The notes under the pieces were generated by a model. That model did no database searches. It saw nothing but the letters and a program-made list of their open reading frames with translations, and was not told the origin of the DNA. This document shows, piece after piece, positions 26,296 through 32,000 of a stretch of 32,000 nucleotides of DNA. The translations under genes and the position numbers were made by a program. This DNA is from Candidatus Iainarchaeum sp. GTDB lineage: Archaea; Iainarchaeota; Iainarchaeia; Iainarchaeales; CSSED10-239. The stretch's first letter is position 1. Each line of letters starts with the position of its first letter. The DNA lies in assembly GCA_037441475.1 (NCBI GenBank), contig JBBISB010000001.1, forward strand, positions 216,418-248,417, in the 5' to 3' direction.

Positions 26296-27600
26296 TTAAG
26301 GCTTATACCTTACCATTGTTCTTGGGAAAGGAATAGCGTCCTTAATGGTGTCAGCTTTTATGATGTAAGAGATTATTCTTTCAACACCCATACCAAAACC
26401 AGAGTGAGGAACAGAACCATACTTTCTTGTGTCAAGATAGAAGTCATACTGTGAGACATCCTCTCCATCTTTTTCAAGTCTTTCAATTATTTTTTTAATA
26501 TCATCCTCTCTTTCACTTGCACCAATAATCTCACCATAACCTTCAGGACCAATACAGTCAAAACCTAGAACCACTCTAGGGTCTTTAGGGTCTTCCTTCA
26601 TGTAAAAAGCCTTTACTTCCTTAGGGTATCTTGTGATGATTATAAAGGTATCATACATCTTTGATAAAAGATCTTCTTCAACTGTTCTTAGGTCTTTACC
26701 CCACTTAACTTCCATGTCATGCTCTTTCTTTAAAATATTTATTGCCTCTGAATAGGTCATTTTTACGAAAGGTTTTGAGATTGCTGTTTTTAAAACTTCA
26801 ACATCTCTCTTTAAGGTTTTAAGATCCTCTTCATGATACTTAATAACATCAGAGATTACTTTTTTTATTAAACCCTCAGCATGTACTTGAAGTTCTTCAA
26901 AGTCAACCCATGCACCTTCCATTTCAGCATGCCAATATTCAGCTAAATGTTTTGTGGTTTTTGATTTTTCAGCTCTAAAAGAAGGAGCTAAAGTGTATAT
27001 TCTCTCTAAAGAAAAGATTGCAGGCTCTGCATAAAGCTGCCATGTCTGTGCTAGAAAAACACCTTTCTTTCCAAAGTAATCAACATGGAAAAGACTTGAA
27101 CCTCCTTCACATTGAACAGATTGAAGAGTTGGTGATTGATATTCATAAAAGTCTTGACTTCTGAAATAATCATGGATAGCTCTAAAGACAGTTGATCTTA
27201 TTTTTAAGATAGCTTGCATTTTTCTTGATCTTAGCCATAGGTGTCTTACATCTAAAAGAAACTCTTCAGAGAAGTCCTTTGATATTGGATAGGTTTCTGA
27301 AAGGCCTACAATATCTAAATCTTTAATATCTATTTCATATCCTTGAGGAGCTCTCTCTTCTTTTCTTATAGTTCCTTTTAAAGATATTGAGGACTCTACA
27401 GTTATTTTTTGTGATTTTTCAAAAATTTCTTTTGAAACTTTTTCTTGATCACACACAAGCTGTATAACTCCAGTAACATCTCTTAAGGTTATAAAGACTG
27501 TTGTTTTTTGGTCTCTGTACCTATGTACCCAACCTCTTAAAAAAACCTCTCCTTCTTTTTTTTCAAGAGATTCTTTTATTGATAAATATTTTTTTTCCAT
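26296..27600 (-). CDS. asnS: Asparaginyl-tRNA synthetase (archaeal type)
   Basis: GWVHRYRDQKTTVFITLRDVTGVIQLV, LAPSFRAEKSKTTKHLAEYWHAEMEGAW, GPEGYGEIIGASEREDD, YGSVPHSGFGMGVERII. Class IIb, with AsnRS-type GYGEIIGASxRxDD rather than the AspRS-type motif. Confidence 0.88.
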   Translation of the reverse strand: MEKKYLSIKESLEKKEGEVFLRGWVHRYRDQKTTVFITLRDVTGVIQLVCDQEKVSKEIFEKSQKITVESSISLKGTIRKEERAPQGYEIDIKDLDIVGLSETYPISKDFSEEFLLDVRHLWLRSRKMQAILKIRSTVFRAIHDYFRSQDFYEYQSPTLQSVQCEGGSSLFHVDYFGKKGVFLAQTWQLYAEPAIFSLERIYTLAPSFRAEKSKTTKHLAEYWHAEMEGAWVDFEELQVHAEGLIKKVISDVIKYHEEDLKTLKRDVEVLKTAISKPFVKMTYSEAINILKKEHDMEVKWGKDLRTVEEDLLSKMYDTFIIITRYPKEVKAFYMKEDPKDPRVVLGFDCIGPEGYGEIIGASEREDDIKKIIERLEKDGEDVSQYDFYLDTRKYGSVPHSGFGMGVERIISYIIKADTIKDAIPFPRTMVRYKP

Positions 27601-27908
27601 ATTTAATTGTCTCCATATAATTTTCTTTGTTTTTTAAAAATTTTTGTTTTTGTTTAAAATAATCATTAAATAAAAATATATCTAGATATCCTTAATTTCT
27701 TTTTTAAAAAAAGAACACAATAGATATTTAATAAACCGATAAATATAAATTTCTCTCCCTTAAAGGAGATTAAAGTTAACTACAGAAAATAAGTAGATTT
27801 TTGAAAATCTTGTTCTTGATAAAAGTATTTTGAAATACATAAATAACTATAAGAATCAAAATATTTATAAATACTTTGAAAAGAAGAAAAAAAGTTAAAA
27901 AATTATTT

Positions 27909-30143
27909 TTACTTATATCTTTTCATAACTAAAGAGTTTAATACAACTGAAACAGAACTAAAGGCCATTGCTATGCCTGCAACTATGGGGTTTAATAAGA
28001 AACCATAAGAAAAGTAAAGAACACCAGCTGCAATCGGTATACTTACAACATTATAAAAGAAAGATAAAAATAAATTTTGTTTAATCTTTTTAATAGTGTA
28101 CCTGCTTAAAGCTATGGCTTTTTAAACATCTCTTAAATCATTTTTAATTAAAACAATCTCTCCAGTCTCAATTGAAATATCAGTGCCTGCACCTAAAGCA
28201 ATACCTATATCAGCTTTTGCAAGAGCAAGAGCATCATTGATACCATCCCCTACCATTGCAACTACTTTTCCTTGATTTTGAAGTTTTCTAATTTCTTTTT
28301 CTTTATCACCAGGCAAAACCTCTGCTAAAAAATAATCAATTCCTACTTCTTTTGAAATTGCACTTGCTGTCTTTTGATTATCTCCTGTTATCATTATAAC
28401 TTCTAGGTTCATTTCTTTTAATTTTGAAATTGCTTCAACAGATGTTTTTTTAATAACGTCAAAAACTGCAATTAATCCTGAAACTTTATTATCAACTGCA
28501 AGAAGCATTACTGTTTTACCTTGATTTTCTAAAGCTTCCATTTCATTTAATATATTAGGAGATATTAGAATATTATTTTTTTGCATTAGTTTTTTATTTC
28601 CAAAATAAATATGTTTATTATTGTATTTTACAAAAAGACCATGCCCTGTTATTGATTCAAAGAAAGCAGGATTGTTTACAACAATATTTTCTTTAGAAGC
28701 TTTTTTTAGAATTGCTTCTGAAAGAGGATGTTCTGAATTTTTTTCAGCAATTGCAGCATACTCTAAAACTTCATTAACAGATAATTTTTCAAAATTTAAA
28801 ATATCTGTAACAACAGGCTTACCTTCTGTTAATGTACCGGTTTTATCAAAAACAACTGTATTTATCTTATATGCATTTTCTAAAGCTTGGGAATTTTTTA
28901 TTAAAATACCGTTTTCTGCACCCTTCCCAGTTCCAACCATTATTGCTGTTGGGGTTGCAAGCCCAAGCGCACAAGGACATGCAATAATAAGGATTGCAAT
29001 AAATATGCTAAGAGAAAAAATTAGACTGTAAGAAAGAATAAAAAACCAAATTACAAAAGATAAAACAGCAATGAAGATTACAACAGGGACAAAATAATTA
29101 CTTACCTTGTCTGCAAGTCTCTCTATAGGGGCCTTACTATTCTGTGCATTTTCAACAAGAGTTATTATTTGGTTTAAAACAGTGTCTTTTACAACGTTTG
29201 TAGCTTTAAACCTGAAAGATCCAAGTAGATTTATGGTTGAACCAATAACCTTATCATCTATTGTTTTTTCCACAGGAATACTCTCTCCTGTAACCATACT
29301 TTCATCAACTGAAGAAGCACCTTGAACAATTACTCCATCAACAGGAATCTTTTCTCCAGGCTTAACTAAGATAATATCTCCTACAACAACCTCTTCAATT
29401 GATACTTTAACTTCTAAATTATTCCTAATAACAGTTGCACTCTTTACTTGAAGACCAATTAATTTTTTAATAGCATCAGAAGCTTTTCCTTTTGTAATTG
29501 CTTCAAGCCATTTACCTAAGATTATAAAAGTAATTATTATTGCATAAGTTTCAAAATAAACATGAGAGCCTAAAACTTCTGGAAAGAAAACTACAAAAAG
29601 ACTATAAAAGTAAGCTGCAGAAGTACCTATGGCTATTAAAGTATCCATGTTTAGGTTTTTATTTTTAATAGCAAGAAAAGCTCCTTTGTAAAACCTACTT
29701 CCTATGAAAAACTGAACAGGAGTTGCAAGGAGTAATAAAATAATATTTTCATAAGGAATGGTTACATGACCCCACATGAAAACCATTTAGATTATAAAAA
29801 TAGGTATTGTAAAGATTAAAGATATTAAAAATAGTTTTTTTAAATGTTTTATTTCTTTTTCTTTTTCTTTTTCTTTTTCTTTTTCTTTTTCTTTTTCTTT
29901 TTCTTTTAGATCTTTTAAAACTTCTTGATCTTCGTTATCTAAGATAGCCTCATACCCTAAACTTTTAATTACTGAAACACTCTTTTCATCTGATATTTTT
30001 TTTTCATCAAAATCAAAGGTTGCTTTTCCTGTTGCAAAGTTTATTTTTGAATCTATTGTAGAATCTATTTTTTTTAAATTATTATTGATATTGTTTACAT
30101 ATGAAGAGCAATGTATGCCTGTTATTAAATATTTTTTATTCAT
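27909..30143 (-). pseudogene. copA: P1B-type heavy-metal (Cu+-like) transporting ATPase with two in-frame stop codons (TAA adjacent to 29787 and at 28122-28124)
   Basis: Three same-frame pieces: 29787..30143 (HMA domain, KE linker, TM), 28122..29786 ([45 protein letters not shown]), and 27909..28121 (KAIALSRYTIKKIKQNLFLSFFYNVVSIPIAAGVLYFSYGFLLNPIVAGIAMAFSSVSVVLNSLVMKRYK). Confidence 0.85.
29852..29907. repeat. In-frame hexanucleotide microsatellite (TTTTTC)n, encoding (Lys-Glu)9
   Basis: About nine uninterrupted copies of TTTTTC/GAAAAA; each unit encodes KE in the linker between the HMA domain and TM1 of the ATPase. Confidence 0.97.
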
Positions 30144-30456
30144 ACTTCTTCTCTTGAGCTTTATATGTTTTAAATATATCTAAAGATAGGATTTCTTCTT
30201 TATTTGTTTTAGAAGAATCATAAGTTATTAAAAAATTATTAAACAAAGAAAATTTAACCTCATAAAGACCATCAATTGTTTTAAGTTCATCTGTAATTAA
30301 CGGTGCGTGCCCTGAACAAGGAATATTAACTGATATTGAGAAAGTTTCTAATGAATCTTTATCACCGTTAGTTATTGGAAGAGCAGAAACATTCGCAAAC
30401 AATGGGAAGATAAACAAAAACAAGAAGATGTTTATACCTATGGTTAATCCATACAT
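30136..30456 (-). CDS. Membrane-anchored HMA-like protein with CSGHA motif
   Basis: N-terminal TM (TIGINIFLFLFIFPLFANVSA) followed by ISVNIPCSGHAPLITDELKTIDGLYEVKFSLFNNFLITYDSSKTNKEEIL, an HMA-fold-like pattern in which CxxC is replaced by CxxHA. In-operon with copA. Confidence 0.6.
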   Translation of the reverse strand: MYGLTIGINIFLFLFIFPLFANVSALPITNGDKDSLETFSISVNIPCSGHAPLITDELKTIDGLYEVKFSLFNNFLITYDSSKTNKEEILSLDIFKTYKAQEKKYE

Positions 30457-30458
30457 AG

Positions 30459-30936
30459 TTAAAAGATAAGCTTTCTTTTTTTTATTATACCTTTTAAAGA
30501 TAAAAGAGAGTTTTGTTTAAGATAGATTACTGATGTAAGTGTTGCAAAGAAAAGAGATATTATTATAAGTATGTAAAAGATGTTTGCATTCATTAAAAAA
30601 GGTTTAAAAAAATTAATTAAGACAGTTGAACCTAAGATAGATGCAATAATAAAAAATATACAACCAATATGTGGAATTATACCTAAGAGTATGCCTTTTT
30701 TTACAGAGTTATCTTTAATATCTGTTTTATAACCTAACTTGTTTATTTCCTTTTTAATATTTGTTAAAGAAATCTCATTTGATTTAAAGGATATTATTAC
30801 CTTATCATCACTTAGAATAGGGCTACCTTAACAATACCTTTCTTTTCTAAAAGAGAATCTTTAATGTTTAAAACACAACTTTTACAAGTAATGCCTTTTA
30901 CATCTATTGTAGCCGTGGTTAATTTTTTTTGTTCAC
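30459..30936 (-). pseudogene. HMA domain plus two-TM protein, frameshifted
   Basis: TIDVKGITCKSCVLNIKDSLLEKKGIVKVA-[shift]-PILSDDKVIISFKSNEISLTNIKKEINKLGYKTD..., then two TM segments (GILLGIIPHIGCIFFIIASILGSTVLI and IFYILIIISLFFATLTSVIYL). Adding one base in each of two homopolymers (A8 at 30923-30930; CCC on the minus strand at 30820-30822) restores an ORF from GTG at 30936 to TAA at 30459. Confidence 0.7.
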
Positions 30937-30996
30937 ATAAAAAGTAACACTGAAACTACTTATATATAATTGTATGAAATTAGTTTCAAGGTTATT

Positions 30997-31488
30997 TCAG
31001 TGTTTTAAGATAACAACGTTTGTCATTCCACGTCTTTTTCTTTCAATGATATTTTTACCTTCAAGCTTATCAAGAAGCCTTGTAACCTTTACTTTTGAAA
31101 GTTTAGATTTATCAACAAGTTCTGATTGAAAAATGGTTCCTTTTGAGTCAAGAATATGGTTATAGATTAAAGCTTCTTCTTTATCTAAAGAAGCTAGTAT
31201 CTTAGAGGAATCTTTAAACTGTATTTGAGAGGTTTTTGAGATTATATCTTTTTGTTTGTTATTAAACTTATTTGAAAATATTAAATAAAGACCTAAAAGT
31301 AAAACAAAGATCATTATTCCTAAACTTATGCTTGTTTGAAAATTAATAGTACCCCACATAGGACATTCTGGGCCATGAGTACAGGAAGTTGCTACCATCT
31401 TTGTTAAGGCTTTATTAAAGGAATAGATAATGAAACCTATTAAGACAGAAATACCTATTATTAAATAACCTATATTTTTATTATCCAT
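30997..31488 (-). CDS. Membrane-tethered winged-helix transcriptional regulator with Cys-rich motif CTHGPECPMWGT
   Basis: TM IGYLIIGISVLIGFIIYSF, motif SCTHGPECPMWGTINFQTS, TM LGIMIFVLLLGLYLIF, C-terminal wHTH EALIYNHILDSKGTIFQSELVDKSKLSKVKVTRLLDKLEGKNIIERKRRGMTNVV (COG2512-like architecture). Confidence 0.75.
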   Translation of the reverse strand: MDNKNIGYLIIGISVLIGFIIYSFNKALTKMVATSCTHGPECPMWGTINFQTSISLGIMIFVLLLGLYLIFSNKFNNKQKDIISKTSQIQFKDSSKILASLDKEEALIYNHILDSKGTIFQSELVDKSKLSKVKVTRLLDKLEGKNIIERKRRGMTNVVILKH

Positions 31489-31614
31489 GATAAATCATAT
31501 TGATTGAAACTTAATTTAAATTTTGTGTTTTAAAAAAAATATTATGTGATTAAAAATAATAAACAAAGATGGTATTAAATATTATAACTAATAAAAAATT
31601 TGTTTAAAAGAAAA

Positions 31615-31908
31615 CTAAAGATCAATATCTTTTCTAATATCCTCTAAAGATATACTTGACGAAAAGCCTTTCTTTTTAGCCTCATCCATAACCTGCCATA
31701 TAGAAAGATTATTTTCTTTAGAAACCTCTCCTAAAGACTTTTTTCCTTCAGACCATTCTTTTAAAGAAACTTCTAGTTTGTAATCAAGGTAAGAATTCAT
31801 TATAAGCTTTCTTAAAAAAGAAGAAGTATCTAAATGTTCTTTTTCAGCTAAATAAGTTATATCCTTATATACAGAATCTTTTAATCTTAGTGTAGTTGCT
31901 TTAAGCAT
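31615..31908 (-). CDS. RHH/UPF0175-like antitoxin candidate
   Basis: MLKATTLRLKDSVYKDITYLAEKEHLDTSSFLRKLI (RHH-like) plus SLKEWSEGKKSLGEVSKENNLSIWQVMDEAKKKG (UPF0175-like). ATG at 31908 chosen because the track's GTG at 31917 lies inside the GGTGAT ribosome-binding-like motif. Confidence 0.6.
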   Translation of the reverse strand: MLKATTLRLKDSVYKDITYLAEKEHLDTSSFLRKLIMNSYLDYKLEVSLKEWSEGKKSLGEVSKENNLSIWQVMDEAKKKGFSSSISLEDIRKDIDL

Positions 31909-32000
31909 TTTTATCACCTATTATTAATTTATAAAAGTGAGAGATAATTTCTTGTTTATAAAACCCATCTTTTGAAAGAAAGTTAATTGAAAATAAAATA
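31901..32000 (-). CDS. C-terminal end of a further ORF truncated by the window edge
   Basis: Open frame ...ILFSINFLSKDGFYKQEIISHFYKLIIGDKNA-stop (TAA at 31901-31903), overlapping the start of the 31908 ORF by 8 nt. Family not recognised. Confidence 0.35.
   Translation of the reverse strand, partial: ILFSINFLSKDGFYKQEIISHFYKLIIGDKNA

Noticed and set aside
26226-26296. Terminator or small RNA between asnA and asnS (long T and A runs)
   Set aside because: Only homopolymer-rich AT sequence, no stable GC stem. Not enough to call a feature.
29852-29907. TTTTTC tandem array as a CRISPR or telomere-like element
   Set aside because: 6-bp units with no spacers, inside a coding frame; a simple microsatellite.
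27909-30143. Programmed stop readthrough or TAA as sense codon in the P1B ATPase
   Set aside because: TAA terminates other genes in the window, and the gene also shows a lost metal-binding Cys and a neighbouring frameshifted gene. Recent decay or consensus error is simpler.

Overview
This window is an AT-rich, gene-dense archaeal chromosomal segment. It is probably from a DPANN-like lineage, inferred from small genes, Lys-rich proteins and archaeal-type informational genes. From left to right it contains: (1) a largely conserved archaeal cluster on the minus strand (RNase P Rpp21-like, S19e, L39e, L31e, aIF6, prefoldin alpha, FtsY, partial SRP54), interrupted between ftsY and srp54 by three small Lys-rich genes on the plus strand; (2) tRNA-Gly(GCC) and tRNA-Val(UAC), a surface transglutaminase-like protein, and an SdpI/DUF1648 gene with an in-frame TGA at its conserved Trp; (3) archaeal DnaG with a long N/R/D/H-rich linker, DUF167, Hjc, GNAT, Pth2, pyrophosphatase and Kae1; (4) a pair of very large exported or membrane proteins, one ending in a lysozyme/SLT-like domain, which is the most interesting accessory locus; (5) CysRS, a RHH/UPF0175-PIN (DUF3368-like) toxin-antitoxin-like pair, AsnA with a 5' frameshift, and AsnRS; (6) a metal-transport module with several disrupted ORFs (P1B-type ATPase with two in-frame stops and a lost CxxC; an HMA-TM protein with two frameshifts), a membrane-tethered winged-helix regulator with a CTHGPECPMW motif, and an orphan RHH/UPF0175-like antitoxin. 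No CRISPR array, rRNA or clear transposon was seen. Homology calls come from motif recognition in the translated sequence, not from database searches.
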